From positions 682,001-746,000 of the forward strand of contig NC_087245.1 in the NCBI RefSeq assembly GCF_037042905.1: 64,000 bases of DNA. The letters are read 5' to 3'. Each line of letters begins with the position of its first letter. The stretch's first letter is position 1. Origin of the DNA: Lytechinus pictus. Lineage: Eukaryota. Under the pieces are notes generated by a model that was not told the origin of the DNA, searched no databases, and worked only from the letters and a program-made list of their open reading frames with translations. This document shows, in pieces, positions 1 to 14,331 of this stretch. Position numbers and translations under genes: made by a program.

Positions 1-381
1 ATGACACCCAATCAAGAATACACACACTATATTGCTACACACTGTTCTATGAACAACAAATGGCAAACCATAGTATAGATTTTGTGGATTACCAAAAAAA
101 GGTATTAAGAATGTGACCATGCATGGCAAAACCCAAACAAAGTTTCACTGTGTGATTTTTCAATAGGACATCATGAGAGGTTTTGATCAGAATGGTTGAA
201 TTTTAGTTTTTAGTATTTCTTGAAAGAATCAACTTTGTTTTTCTATGCACTATAAGAATAAGAAATACAGGGCTCCATATTAATTCAGTGATTTAGATAT
301 ATTTTTTCATTGTTATTGAGGTAAAATATTAATCAAGTTTAGAGTGAACTAAATTGACCATTAACTCTTGCATTTTCACAG

Positions 382-549
382 CACACATTGCTGAAGCCTG
401 TTGCACTGTGTACAAGCAGAGTAACTTAGTCTTGTTGTGCATAGCAACAAGTTTTGAGGCGGCCATTTTAACAGGTTTCCTGGTCTTCCAGCCAAGGTTT
501 TATGGCATCGTATCAGGCATTGGTATTTTCGATGCAGAATTCTACTTCT
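382..549 (+). CDS. SLCO/OATP exon (TM7 region)
   Basis: ttttcacag acceptor, gtaagt donor at 550; encodes HIAEACCTVYKQSNLVLLCIATSFEAAILTGFLVFQPRFY, resembling the OATP E..GF..F.PK(Y/F) motif. Confidence 0.8.
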
Positions 550-801
550 GTAAGTATGCAGTAGATACAAGGAGAATATTTGTTATCTTGTTGAAAGCTA
601 TTTATGTATGCATGTATCTAGTTTAATTGTTGTTACTGTTATTATTATTATTACTCATTTTGACAAGGATAGTACATCAAGGAATTGATATACGATGTCA
701 TAAAGCACAATAGAATAGATTGCATACCCACTGGATTGCCAAGGCCTAGTTCTTCTTCTCTTGGATGTATTTGATGTGGAAATAATTGCGGCCCATTTCC
801 C

Positions 802-1553
802 GGCCCAGTCCCACTGCACTTACTGATCAAAAGCGGATGTAAAACGTAAAAAAATCTTGCCATCCATCAGAAAACGCTATGCATCTGTTGTGTACTCATT
901 GCATATGTGTTACCTACGCTCTATCCATCGAGCATCCGTCAACTATGATTTCATCCACGCAAAAAGTTTTGAGCTGTACAAAACTTGTAGAACGGATGAA
1001 CTTTCTGCTGGTACGATGTAAATCCGCTTATAGAACAGATGAACTTTTGCTGGTACGATGTAAATCCGCAACATATACGAGCAAAAAATGTTCCATGTCC
1101 GTTACCATCTGTTAAACGTCCGTTGTATCCTCTCTGCATCCACTGGGCATCCTCGCAACTCAGATCCACTGAAGCTGAACAACCGAAAGAGGGCGGAAAG
1201 ATAAGGTACATGGAACGTCTATACATCGCTAGTAGCTACATGTAGTAGCATGGAAATAGAAAGGATGTAAGCGTATGCATCTCATAAATAAAGTATTTGA
1301 AACCCCCGGTAACCCCTTCGGAGCTGTCATCCACTTCCATCCTTATCTGCAAGGTTTCCGATGAACTACCGTTTAACATCCGTGCTACATACTACCCATG
1401 TCCGTTCTTTTCTGTTATGTTTTTGCAAATTTTCAGCAATTCTGTCCATTTCTGGAGTGAATGAAAACGGATGGAGCCACCCGCAAAATTTTGCTCGTCC
1501 GCTGTCTCCTTTATGAATATGTTTTTTATCCGTCAGCCAGTGGGGCCAGGCCT
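802..1553. mobile_element. degenerate MITE (PIF/Harbinger-like termini)
   Basis: Left GGCCCAGTCCCACTG versus right CAGTGGGGCCAGGCC imperfect TIR; internal duplication of GATGAACTTT(C)TGCTGGTACGATGTAAATCCGC. Confidence 0.5.
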
Positions 1554-1862
1554 TTAGGTAATATAAAAGCCTTTCAAATAAATTTCAGGTATAGTAAAAA
1601 AAAAATGCTGCACAAAAACTAATTAGATTAGTTGACTTGCAAATTTGTACTCTTTGACTATTTTCAGTTAGCAGTACATAGAGGTGTATTTTATAACAGA
1701 AGTGTATTTGTGACATCGAGGTGTGTTTGTGACATACTGTATTAAAGCTCACACATGTCTTGCAGTACATGTAAATCAAATCAACCTGTTTGTCTTCAAC
1801 CTAAATTATAGTTATGGATATATTTACGTACATGTCATCTTTTGTTAACTATCCTCCAACAG

Positions 1863-2067
1863 CAAGTGCAGTACTGATGGGTGTAATCGTTGGTGTCATC
1901 ATTGGTATCATAGCTCTGGTTGTGATGAAGCCCTCTATCTATCACATGTGGAGAGTAACATGGATCGTGTGTTTAGTTACTATGGGTATCATGTGGGTTC
2001 TGTTCCTCTATAGCTGTGATGAAGCACCTGTTGATGCATACAGAGAGAGTCCTGGTGAACAGACCAA
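1863..2067 (+). CDS. SLCO/OATP exon (TM8-TM9)
   Basis: ccaacag acceptor, gtaag donor at 2068; two hydrophobic helices followed by LYSCDEAPV. Confidence 0.8.
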
Positions 2068-2629
2068 GTAAGAGTATTTCACAATCCTTCTCTGCCCTTA
2101 AAATGATGTTACACCTTAGTGTTAATCCTGGTAGATGGGTCTTCCACAGTGTACTCAACACCATGCATTTATCATAGTGTTTCTATTTCAATGTAATTAG
2201 AACTTGATTTGAACACTACAGTTATAAAAGTTCTTCTGATTATCCTCTATTCTTCCCTGCATTTGGGATTCATCGATTTGTTGAATTTTTCTTTATTATT
2301 TCAATTATCATACCAGATCAAGATCTATTATTGTTATTTAAGAAACTGTGTAATGTTTGAATGCAAATATCAAGTTTTCACAGAAGTATTGGTGTTTTCA
2401 TTAAGTATCAAACTAAGAATTGATGTTCATGATCATATTGAATTAATGAATGTTGATAGGTTCCTTTTGTCAACCTGTCATTGTCCTGTATTCTTAACTC
2501 TAGTTTGATTTTGACTCTGGTCTAAAGTTGTGGTTTAACTTTAGGTAGCAAATTCTGGAAGTTGTCTCTAACAGCACAAGTACATTTCATCAGCTAAGTT
2601 CGACTCTGGAATCATTTGTAACTGCCTAG

Positions 2630-2995
2630 CAGGGTTCCCAGCCCATCAGGGAATTCAGGGAAAGTTATTTACTTTTTTCCAGTCAGGGAAAAATCAGGGA
2701 ATATGATTTAAAAATACCTCAAATCAGGGAAAAATGCCTCAAATTAGGGAAAAATCAGGGAATTCTTATCAGCCCAAAAGTTGAAAGCACGGTAGTCAGT
2801 CAGACTCTGTTTTGTTGCATATCAAAACAACATCAATTGAATGACTGGTAATTATGGTACTAATTAATTTTGCCTTATTGTTTTTATACTGAAAATACAT
2901 GTAATTCACTGCAACAACTTAGAAAACATGCGAAACAGGGAATGGGTTTAAATGTTTATCAGGGAATTTTGTTTTCTTGAAAGTTGGGAACCCTG
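2630..2995. mobile_element. hAT-like MITE with 6-bp TSD
   Basis: TIR CAGGGTTCCCA...TGGGAACCCTG flanked by direct repeat GCCTAG (2624-2629, 2996-3001); internal (A)TCAGGGAA subrepeats. Confidence 0.75.
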
Positions 2996-3324
2996 GCCTA
3001 GGGATCGATAACTTAAATTGCCTTTTCACTATTAAAACATGAGGGAAGAGCCTTGTAAACATAAGATTTAAGAAAAGCTGTTTAAAGAAAATTTTAAATT
3101 GTCTTCCCTCCTTGATATTAACACAGAGCTAGACCATGGTCAAATCTGCTTCCCTTGATGAGCTAGACTATGGTCAAAGTTAAACTGGATGTTAGAGTAT
3201 GATTAGTACACTTTAAAATAATTGTCTTTTTTCTTAATCCACCCCTTACCATGTCTGTTTGTCTGTCTCTTCTTTCACTTACTCTCTCTCTCTCTCTCTC
3301 TCTCTTCCAATGTTTTCCTAATAG

Positions 3325-3484
3325 GGCTGATGATCTATCACAATGGATTGACCTCAATCAAACTTGTTCTGATCAGTGTAACTGTCTAAATCAAATATGG
3401 CATCCTGTTTGTGGTTCAGATCATGTGACCTACATCTCTCCCTGTCTGGCTGGTTGCCAATCTTTAACTGGACAAGCAAAATTT
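3325..3484 (+). CDS. SLCO/OATP exon (Kazal-like domain)
   Basis: Acceptor after a (CT)n tract, gtaagt donor at 3485; CSDQCNCLNQIWHPVCGSDHVTYISPCLAGC. Confidence 0.92.
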
Positions 3485-4331
3485 GTAAGTTGGGTTTCTA
3501 GAATATAGCTAAACTTGAAGATAAACCTGAAGTTTTAAACTTCCACAATTTGCTAGTTTTTACATGTAGCTCTTTGTACATGCCCTAAAAAGTTATCTAT
3601 CTGTATATTCAGTCAAATATTTAAAAACTACAAGATGTTCTTATGGTTTATACTTTATCCATGAGCCAAGGGGTTTCCCCACTCGTCTGTTGTGTGGGCA
3701 TGATAATTAACCAACTCCAAAGTTGGAGTCACCTATCTCCTAGTCCATTCTTGAATAATTAGGCCATTGCAAATCACTCTGTTCCATGATTCAGTCATTG
3801 AATAGTACTATTGCTCAAAAGTTCAAATTTAAAGGTCATGTTGATGATTGTCACAGTGTAAGCTCTATTATCAATAATTAGCCACTGTATGAATGTAAAT
3901 TATGAAAACATGGTCTTCATAGTTTTCACTCACATATGGCTGTCTTTCTTAAATCCTTTAATAAAATGAAACATAGACAATAAGATGGAATTTTTGTAGA
4001 GGTTTCCACTAATAGTGTTTTTATTGTAACCAGGCCAGAATCAGGTTGGAGCTAGGTTTGGGTTTGCTTCAAGTAAAATGAGAATGAAGTTGACTATTTG
4101 ATTTAAAAATACCTCGTAATCGTCCATGAAATACACAACATAAATATCAGAATATTGAGTTAATTGATCAATGTCAAATTATATTTTCAACAACTTCATA
4201 TAAATTGAGATATGGCAATTAAAAAAAAACTTAACCGCATCTCATTATAACCATTATTGGCTCTGATGGGACATGAATTACTATTGTTTTTATATCTATT
4301 TTATCACGATTGTTTGCATTTTCCTTTATAG

Positions 4332-4501
4332 AACTTCAGCAAGTGTATTGGTATTGAAGTAGATAATGGAGTGATGGGCAGTGCTACTAGTGACCCATGT
4401 CCAGCTGATTGTAATCCTCTTTGGTCTCATCTACTAGCGGTCTTCTTTATCTTCCTTTTAACTGGAGTCAACTTCCCTATCATTCTGCTTCTCATTATCG
4501 G
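4332..4501 (+). CDS. SLCO/OATP exon (end of Cys-rich loop plus TM10)
   Basis: tttatag acceptor, gtatgt donor at 4502; NFSKCIG...SATSDPCPADCNPLWSHLLAVFFIFLLTG. Not in the ORF track; translated by hand. Confidence 0.85.
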
Positions 4502-5416
4502 GTATGTCTAGTATAGCATTACACCTCTCTTTTTGGTATTCCAGACTTTTTGCATTTACTACGGAGACACTCTCTATAACGCACCCTTGAAAATGCAAGC
4601 CAAATAACAATGGAGAGCTGAGAGGCTTTTGTAAGTTGGTGGACCGGGACAGCATCTGATCTCTTTACTCTGGACAACGACATATTTGCAATTGTTTGAC
4701 TGGTTATCTTCGGATGATCTGCTGTTTCCATAGTAAATGTGAAAACTCCCTATTGATTCAGAGCACAGTGTTGCAAAGATTAGTATTTGATCATACATTT
4801 GATTTTCACAATTGATTTGATTTTCACAATTGATGGTACATTGTGGTCAATGCCATCAGATTGTTTTAAGATCAATTGCTTAGTTTTGTGATACACAGCC
4901 CTGAGGTAGGTTTTATCTTCTAATGGTGATAATTATTTTATGATTAAGTAAATCAGATATGATATTTTTCAGGCTTTCCTGACAACTTCTTGTGTGTGGT
5001 TTTTCATTGTACATCACATTTAGGGCATGTTCTTTTCAGGCCCTGCGAGTAAAACTGACTCATTGCTGTTAAATACACTACCCAACTCCAGGGCTTAAAT
5101 CAATTTGTGACTTTGAATGCCCTATTCAATGTCCTGTGTGCCTCTCACTGTCCTTGGATTTTTTTTGTCATAAAAAAACAACTTCAAATTTGTGCTGAAA
5201 TGTGCCCTATTTGAAAGTGAAGTATGAAAATAGTTTAGTATGTCCTTGAAAGTCTTTGATGATGACCTTCATTCAGAGTTGGTGACAAGAACAATGTACA
5301 TTGGAAGTTTCCAGCTTGTACAATGTGAGACACAACAATATTTGAAGGTTTAGTATGGTATCAAGAAGACGTTTTTCAGTATTGATAATTTGATTCTTTT
5401 GTTTTTATTCTATCAG

Positions 5417-5481
5417 GACTGTTAAGGTTCATAAACGAAGTCAATCACTCGCAATGTTGGTCATCATGTGGCATCTTCTGG
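5417..5481 (+). CDS. SLCO/OATP short exon (start of TM11)
   Basis: ctatcag acceptor, gtaag donor at 5482; TVKVHKRSQSLAMLVIMWHLLG; phases fit both neighbouring exons. Confidence 0.82.
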
Positions 5482-6079
5482 GTAAGATAGTCTTATATTT
5501 TCAGTCATGCATGATAACAATTATATTTATACCTGAAGCATCCTTCTTCTGAACCAAGTCATGCTAACACTTACAAAATGAGTTCAAAGAGAATACAAGA
5601 AAATGACTACCCATGTGTTTGCATATGAATGAACTTTATGTGCCAAATGAGTAATCAATCAGTAATTTGCCAACTAATAATCATGGTGTTTTATCGATAT
5701 TTAATAGACAGGACGTTTCCAATCAATGATTGATAAATAAAAGTAGGAGCCTTTTTTTCTTCACAGATTTTCCTTTTTTAATGGGAAGTAATGGCCATTT
5801 GAACTGTCAAAGTTTTGTGCCAACTTGTGACATATTTTCCCCTAGATCTGTTCCTGTTATCAGTGTGTTGCTTAATGTGTGTCGCTTGGTCTTTAACAAA
5901 CTGACTATATAATTTTTTGTATATCACTTTTATTCAGTATGAAACGTAGGCAAGTACATTGAAAATAAGTCTAGGCTACTTGGTTTTGTAGGACAAAGTA
6001 CAGGACTAAAGTTATGAATATACCGATAGATTTGAAAGTTTATGTTAATGAAATTTTTATTATATGTCCTTTGTTTTAG

Positions 6080-6417
6080 GTGTGTTACCGTCAATCGGCT
6101 ACTTCAGTGCTGTTCTTGGTCAAGCTTGTTCTCTCTGGCAATCTGATCATGAGTTTAGCGGTCAGCATTATACGGATTGCCTCATGTATCATCCTGAAAA
6201 ACATCATTTCTTCTTCATCTCATTGGTTCTCTTTCTCAAGGCTTTTGCTCTTGTATTCTATGGGATCTCATTCAGAGTTACATCAAGATTGAAGCAAGAT
6301 GAAGATGATATATCAGGCAATCGTGATTGGATTGGTTATAATGGTGAGAGAGCGAGCGTTGAGCTTGGTAGGATTGATCAAAGAGGACATTCATCCACTT
6401 CTCCTGCTTTTATCTAA
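6080..6417 (+). CDS. SLCO/OATP terminal coding exon (TM11-TM12, C-tail)
   Basis: ttttag acceptor; GVLPSIGYFSAVLGQACSLWQ...CLMY...TM12, stop at 6417. Confidence 0.88.
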
Positions 6418-9400
6418 CCAAACAATGTCTTTCAACTCCATTTTGATTGTCGAAATATCATTTCTAGTTTAAACAAATAAAAAATATGGAAAACCCAATT
6501 TGAAAGGAGTCTTGGATTTGATTACTTGTGATATGATACTCTTGTATTGAGCAAAAAGAAAAGACATTGTCAAGCAGCACCTCAGTCTAGAGTGGGGATA
6601 ACTGTTTTTTATACTCTGGAAAAAGCATTATGTAGATCCAGTTTTATTGTTATTAGTTTAAAAATATATTTTTGTCACTTTTTGACTTATGCTTTTAAAC
6701 ATTGACTTATTTGGTAAATTGTTCTAGATAATTGTAATTCATGAATAGAACTTGATTCGAAGGAAATAAAAGGAAAACGTTTGTTATTTCATAAAGGTTG
6801 ACAGCATTGATAATTTATCATGCTCTGGTAGTTACCATACAAGGACCAATGATTTTACTTAAATTATCCAAGTTGACAATTCATTTAGTGCTGACAATTT
6901 TTATGAATTAGTGCTGATGATTCACAGTTTCAATATAAACTGAAAAAATCAAGACTTTTGGGAACAATTATGTGGATTTGGGTGTAATATCACTTGTGTT
7001 TTAAACAAGGCCAATTTTTTAAAGCAATGAGCAATTAACCGAAGAGGAATTGGAATGCACTGGGCCATTACTTATAAAGAAAGTTACTATTCATCTGATC
7101 AAATACACCTATGGACAGCCTGCAATGCCAACATCTACAAATGCATGTTTGTTCTAAGTATTTTCTAAAAATTAATTTAAAAAAGAGTCATGCATGCATC
7201 ATTGTTTTAATCGAACTATGTTTCCCTGTTTCTGAAGAGACATTGTGTATATCTCCTGTTTGAAGAATTATAACATTGATGAATTTTCATAATTGAGATT
7301 AATTGGATCAATCACAACTCTATGTTATACCGGGCCCTCGTATCCATCTTGATTGAGACCATATCAGATTGTAAGGTTACTCATAAAGCAACACTAAATA
7401 TGAAGCTATAATAAAATGCTAAATATGAGTGGAACATGCCTGATTGCTAATTGCTTTTGTTGCAATAAATTGGTGTGATGTTATAAGTATTTTTTCCAAG
7501 ATCATAGTCATGACCTTACACTTAATGTTTGATTATTTTATTTATGAAGGTTTTTATATTATAATGCACATTTATTACCTTTCCACCTGTCCTTTGTGTC
7601 TTTCGTTGAAGTTATCATTTTTTATTTCTTTCAGAATTTCATGATCATTTTGTCATTCATCTCATATTTAAGTATTATTTCTAACATATTTGAATCTTTT
7701 AAATGTTGTCATTATTCAAATGAACATGGGGATATAAATATGAGTCTTGGATATTCCATTCCCGTTGAAGCAACATTTTGTCAAGTCCATTATATTTAAA
7801 TCTTGTTTTGTACAATGTTTTCAGTTTCATCTTCTTTCTTTCTCGTTTGATATCATGCCAAATATCCTAATCAGTTCATTATCTGCTTAATCATGTATCA
7901 TCTGCGATGAAACCATTTGTGCTTTCTTTTACATCTTATAATTTGAAAAGGTACATGTTAATAACAACTTCTCTTTTAATGTTTGGTAAAATTATTAATG
8001 GTCATTGTTTACGTGTATAGATTACATTAATTAGGAATTTTTGATACTTTGTAATATATTTTTATGCTGGTTTGATTAAGTGTTGTATTAACATTATTAT
8101 ATGTCATTTATATAGACAGTAGTTATTTCACAATGATCCTGTATTTCTTTTAAACATTCTATCTAACTTGATCTAATCATCTTAAAAATAGGATTAATGG
8201 ATTTCATCTGTCTTGCCATTCATGCCTTAAATTAGGACAATAATATTTTCACATGACTTCACACAAAGGACTATGAAAATTTCTTTCATGTATACAAAAA
8301 TTGTTCTATTATCATTATTATATCAACATTGTACTTCTATCTCAGTACTTCATCATGTTTTAAACCAAATGTTGCTTAACAAGTGGGCATGAACAATGTC
8401 TTTTAAATCATTCAATCTTGCTTCAAAGACTGAAGATTTGTTTTTCTTTTAGTTTTTTTTACACAATGTTAACAAGTAATAGTCGTAATGTATTGTAAAT
8501 TTGCCAAATTTTAAAAGTATTAATTTGATATTTTATGAATTGTGTTGTGTCTGTATACTAGTACTTTTTGTGTGTATTGTTTTTGCACAATTATTCATAT
8601 TGTAAATATGAATAATATTTATATCTCATTTTCCATGACAATTAGGTATCTCAACTTTTTTTTAGTCTTTAATTGAACTAATTGTAAGGTGATCATTTAT
8701 AATCCATTATCATTTGAATTTTATTCCATTTAGGGGTTATGAAATTATTCAGATTTTATTTCTTCCTAACGATTATAAAACACACATACACAGCTAGTAC
8801 TTATGTTAAAGGTTTCTAAAAGTGATGAATTACTGTTGTCCCTCTTCCCTTGAAAACTAAAGCAAGAGAGAGATATTTAGGCAAGGGAGGATTTTTTGTA
8901 AATGAAAATTCTTTGACCTTGCAAATGAACATCAATTAACCAAACAATAATGCTTCCAGTTGATTACTTTGTAGGTATAAGAGCCTTTAGTCAATTGTGT
9001 ATTTTTGCTCTCAAACTAAAATAGTGTTTCATGACAAGCATTAAAAAAAAAGATTGTTATTAACCCAAAAGAAAGAAAATCTTCATAATAATAATAATAA
9101 TAATGTCATTTATATGCAATATTCTTGCTGGTTATGAGGGTAATCTAGAGAGATATTATACCTGCTGTGATGTGCAGAATACAGTATGTTTCAATATTGT
9201 CCTTGTTATCAAAATAATGATATATTCATAAGTAATTATCAATTTCAAGGGTTGACATTTTGAATATGAGTGCACTTTGAGAGCAACTGTTTCCACTGGA
9301 TCATTTTGTCAAGATGTATTATGGAAGTAACTTGATTTCTCTTGATTATTATTTCTATTCATCCCACTTTAATCACTTTAATATGTGCATTTAATTGAAT

Positions 9401-9638
9401 TAATTGTGTAGGGTGAGGCTTCTTTAAAACACTGTGTTTTGTACTCCTGGACATGTACTACCAATATCCTATGACAGTACTCAGTTTTCTCTCGCTTTAA
9501 GATTGCATTGATAGTACTACTCTATTCCTCTTGTTATTGGTGTATATATTTGACTGAAGGTGTAAAAATGTAGATGGCTGTTAGAGTGGTATTTTTATAA
9601 AAGTGGATGTGATTTTTTGTATCTGTAAAATCAAGTAT

Positions 9639-9644
9639 AATAAA
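9639..9644 (+). terminator. candidate polyadenylation signal ending a long (~3.2 kb) AT-rich SLCO 3' UTR
   Basis: AATAAA followed by a GT/T-rich stretch about 55 nt downstream; other AATAAA hexamers occur earlier, so tentative. Confidence 0.3.
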
Positions 9645-12600
9645 ATCAAATTAAAGATGAGGAGGATCAAACATCAAATTAGATGTGTCAATATATTTCT
9701 TTTGTTGTTTTAATTTGATGTTTCCTTGTAGATAATTGAATGTGGACTATAAAGCAAGTAACCATTGCTTGGATTCAGTGGATGATTAGTTCTCTTAGTG
9801 AAATTTTAAGACTATCTTTCCTCAGCTTCGCTTTGAAGAGATAGCCACGTTAAAATTGTCTTGACTAATAGTGTGCCTCACCAGTCACCACTTTTACCGA
9901 TGGCAATTACTTGCTTATTTTCTAAGTATGCACACTCAAACATAAGTTACTGTCTTAACAACTTCTTTTGTTTACAATGGGACAGTGCACAGTTGATATC
10001 TTGGGCTTTCATTACCTGAGATTGATTAGGATTAATGGCAGCCCCGGGATGGCAGCCAGTGTTCTTGTGGTCTTAGTGGTAGAATCGGTCTTGGGTAAAA
10101 CAAGATATGTAACATGTTACTTTATTTGAGAAATGAGAGAGGGTGGGGACTGCCATTGAGCAATTGAATCGGATGATATATCGAGATGGATGGATAAAGC
10201 TTTTGATCTTTGCTAATATTAATTCAACTTGGACGATGATTGATCACTATACTTACAAAATATGAGAACAGGCCATTTGTTCAAGTTTGCTATAGACCTA
10301 TTCTATTATTTGCATCGGATTCGTTTGTCCAGTGCTTGTAAACGCTTTTATTGATTTTCCGAAGACAATATACTTTCAGATGAAAGATAATGCAATAATT
10401 ATAATCAATAACCGTTGAGGTTTGCCCAACTAGCCACTGACAAAGCAATTCAATATAAAAGTGGTGTCCGGGAAGGGGTGACCAGGGCAAGTTGCTTTTC
10501 TTTTGAAGGGGTTGGCCAAATTTCGGTATCATTCCAGGGGCTTTTTTTAAGCGCTTTCTGCAGTATAGAACACAACTAAAGCAGTAACATGTATAATCGA
10601 AGTAGTATATTATGATCCTGTATAACATCTTCTTCGGGTTTTTCTTTTTTAACTCGAATCTCATCATTGTGGGGATGGCCGAGGCACACGACCAGTTGTT
10701 AGACCCTATAGGCCTACCCCGGTTGGCGAAAATAGAAGAAAGCGGATGGGGGGTTTTCAGAAAAAAATTGACCGTTGACAGGCATGAAGTTATTTCTTAA
10801 CTTTTAACGAGGTCACTCCCACAGTATGGTAATAAAACATGTTCATTGCACCTTGGAATCAACTTTATAACGTGAAATGAGTGAGATAAAGAATGGTGAA
10901 TTTTACAAGATTATTTCATGGAAAAAATCACATAACGGTTTTCTCAACAAAATAAGACATTTGTTTATGGAATACCTTAATTTTAAATGAATGTGCTTCT
11001 TTTTAGTGTGTTCAAAGTGTGTAAGGTGACCGTGACCTCCTTATTACCCACTCCCCTCCTTAATTACACAGGAATAGCCGTGACTTCATGAATAAACAAG
11101 TTTCCTGTTGCACCTTTCTAGAGATGTCAGCATGAGCAGCGGCAATTCCATTTGGTGTTTATTGCTACAAGAAGTCAATGTGGCTATTTTATCAAAATTG
11201 CTTTGTGTTTTAATTATTGTGTACTAATGTAATTCAACCAAACCATACAGTTGAGCAATTTAAGTGCAAAGTGCCTAATATCATGCAAGCGCTTTGGGAT
11301 AATTTGGGAAAAGCACAGTACATGAATAATAAATAAATAATAATGGTGGATGGAACCAGGGGCGACCCCCCCCCCCCTCCCGTGAAAACAAAAAATGAAA
11401 AAGGCAATAGGTAAATGTGTAAAAAAAAAAAAAAAAAAAAAAGCTTGCCCCCCCCCCCCTATCAAGGAAATCAAGATGATGTGGGGTCAATGACTGTTCA
11501 GCTCACTTGTTTCACATCTATTGGACCGAATGGAGTGATTACCTTTTGCTTTCTTCTTCTTTTCTGCCCCATAACTTTGGAGGAAAACGTGTGACCTCTT
11601 GTGGCCACCCCCTCGGACCCTTTTCTGCCAACAAGGCCCTTTTTCACCTTTAACCAATGCTCAATTTATAAGAAAAATTTGCTCCTTTCAGATACTCAAA
11701 ACAAAATCATTAAACATATTATACCATCCTTGGTTGGTCAAATAGCATGCCACATTCGCGAATGATTAGCGCATTAATCCTGAATTTGAAATAGTGTTTT
11801 TATGATTCAGAGCGTCATTTATTTGACATTTGTCAAGGTTGCCGAATTTAATACGGAATAGATCTATAAAAGTGATTACACGATTGATCTATATACACTA
11901 ATACTTTGCGCAGGTGTCCGTTCCCAAATACAAATTTTGGCACGCCAAATTCATAGAAAAGTGTAAATAATGACTATTGATCAATACAACGATGACAATA
12001 ATCATACGGGTAACAATGAGATCGATAATGAGATTTCAAAAAGAAAATAAGGAATTGTCATTATTATTAATTAAAACTGCACCAAGATATTTGTAATATG
12101 GATTGGACTTGTATTATTACAATGTAAAGAAAATTTTCATTTTCATATTTGTAATATGGATTGGACTTGTATTATTACAATGTTTTGGAACATAAAGTTT
12201 AGCTTGAACTTTCACCTCCTAATTCATTCAGGTTCACTTATTAATACTCAACTCATTTTCCGTTTCGTTCCCTTTCTTCGTCTAAGAAAATGCTAATATG
12301 AAAATATCACATTTTCTTTCTAGGTAAAATATTCGGTATTTCACAGAGGTGTATGTTTGATGTTCTGAGAATTTTTTTTAAAGAATATTTTTAAGATGTA
12401 TTTGATGAGAACAAATATGGAATAGGTGATCCAATTTCATTTCATATACACATGTACGTATATCAGAATAATTAAGAGCTAGGGGGTCACCAAGAAGAAG
12501 GTTTGATGGGGATGCTTGTTCTCGAATGGGTGTAATCAATAACCTTTTCCGAATGACAGTTCAATCACCGATGTACTTGGGGGTTACTTTCCCCGCTCGC

Positions 12601-13352
12601 ATGCGCTCCTCCCCTATTTCACAAAGTGGTATTCTGCATGACGTTTGATAATTACGTTATATTTTAAACACCATCAATAATTCCCTACCGAATTCACTGC
12701 AGATACAATCCATTAGATTTTGCTGCCGTGTTGTTCCTCTCCGTCTCTGGCAAATTAATAGTGCACCATATTCAATAGGCCTACTATTCTTTCCATTTGG
12801 GAATTATAACTCACTAACTTTTGCATTTGAGCAACATAGAAAATAGGAACACTGACGGCACATGCCACGTTAGATGGTATATTTGTATTGATGAAACTCT
12901 CATATTCAAATTAATTACCAGGATTATTCCAGTATTTAATTAGTTGTGTATCTCCATTTATACAGCTGTGAATAAAGGACACCATCATTAAATTTTGTAA
13001 ATATTTATCTTCAAGAGTAAATATTAATCAGCACACCAACTGGAATAAAATCAATCAATGAAATGACGTAAGTTTTTATTTTAATAGATGTAAATCTGAC
13101 GAATGAATAAATTGTGAGAATCTTTTAGGGATCTATCAAAGAGGATATAAACCGAATAATTATCATTTATTTCATCAACATTCATCGGCAGCGACAATAC
13201 GTGCTTTTGAGCAAGTCTAAAGTTTCAGTTTTCATTCCCGCGTGGTATTATTTTGTAAGTAGAGCATATCCTTCGATATCTTTATTATTTCTTGTTAAAA
13301 TGATATAATTTTCAATTGTAAGCTATGCCTATATTATAGGGAAGATAGCAAT

Positions 13353-13472
13353 CAGTGGCGGACCGTGACCCGGAGGAGACATTATTAAAGCATTGGAGGG
13401 GCACAGCATTGTACACAAACATATACAGTACCCCTCCAATCATTGTCTCCTCCGGGTCACGGTCCACCACTG
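13353..13472. mobile_element. 120-bp hAT-type MITE
   Basis: ~29-bp TIR CAGTGGCGGACCGTGACCCGGAGGAGACA; 8-bp TSD ATAGCAAT on both sides. Confidence 0.9.
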
Positions 13473-14331
13473 ATAGCAATAATAATGTAGAATTCTTTTC
13501 CGAACGAGAAAAATCGTACAAAAATATGTAAAAGGAAACGAAGCGGCCAAGCTCACCACAAATGATTTTTTTAAATCTAATAGCATGAATAGTTGAAAAG
13601 GAAGGATCTGTGGATTTTTAGGGCGCAGCTGCAACCCTAACTCTCCCTCCTTTTCGCACGGCCATTATTGGAGACGAAATTTTGCGATTTTTTTTTCTAG
13701 GTATCATTAACTTTTTTTTCTGCTTTTAAGTTGTTATGATATTTATTTTGGCACTATATTCGATAATCTCGACATGTTCCATATTTTGTTATCAAGCAGA
13801 CTTGTGTAAATTTTTCAGAAACTTTTATTAGAAGAGAAACAAGAATTGGGATGAAAACTTGCTGTTCAGAGATATCATATATTTCTGAAAAAAGTATTTT
13901 AAATCCTATCACAAAATTATTAGGTTTTAGGATAACATTAATTGTTCGCTCGCTTCGCTCTCACTCAGTTTTTTTTTGCAGATTTTCCCCGAAACGCAAA
14001 GTCTGGCCTCCTAAAATATTTTGGCTTATTACGCCATTTATTTGTAGTGTCTTAATATTAACTTTATATTGCAATATGTCACAATATATAAGGATTATCA
14101 CTTTCTCCACTTTATCCAAGAAAAAAAAAAAACATAGTTTACATCATAATATAATCGGACGAAGCCTATACGCATACCCTTATATTTTATAAGCTTATGA
14201 TTTGCCAGACAAGTAAGAAAATGTGGCTATCCTGAGCCGCAAATACCATGGCCCTGGAAAGCGGGGCTGCTGTGGGTGCTTCAGCACCCCCTAAATTTTC
14301 CTTGGGGGTGCTGCGTATATTATTCTCCATA

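Larger units (their letters stand above)
382..6417 (+). other. 3' part of a spliced SLCO/OATP (solute carrier organic anion transporter) family gene; 5' exons lie upstream of the window
   Basis: Six exons with canonical AG/GT boundaries and consistent phases: join(382-549,1863-2067,3325-3484,4332-4501,5417-5481,6080-6417). Translation gives TM7-TM12 plus the extracellular Kazal-like loop (CSDQCNC...WHPVCGSDHVTYISPCLAGC) typical of OATPs. Confidence 0.9.

Noticed and set aside
10060..10100. tRNA A-box-like GTGGTCTTAGTGGTAGAA
   Set aside because: No B box, T arm or cloverleaf; at most a very decayed SINE head
12088..12183. 39-bp direct repeat ATATTTGTAATATGGATTGGACTTGTATTATTACAATGT
   Set aside because: Two copies only; a simple local duplication with no further structure
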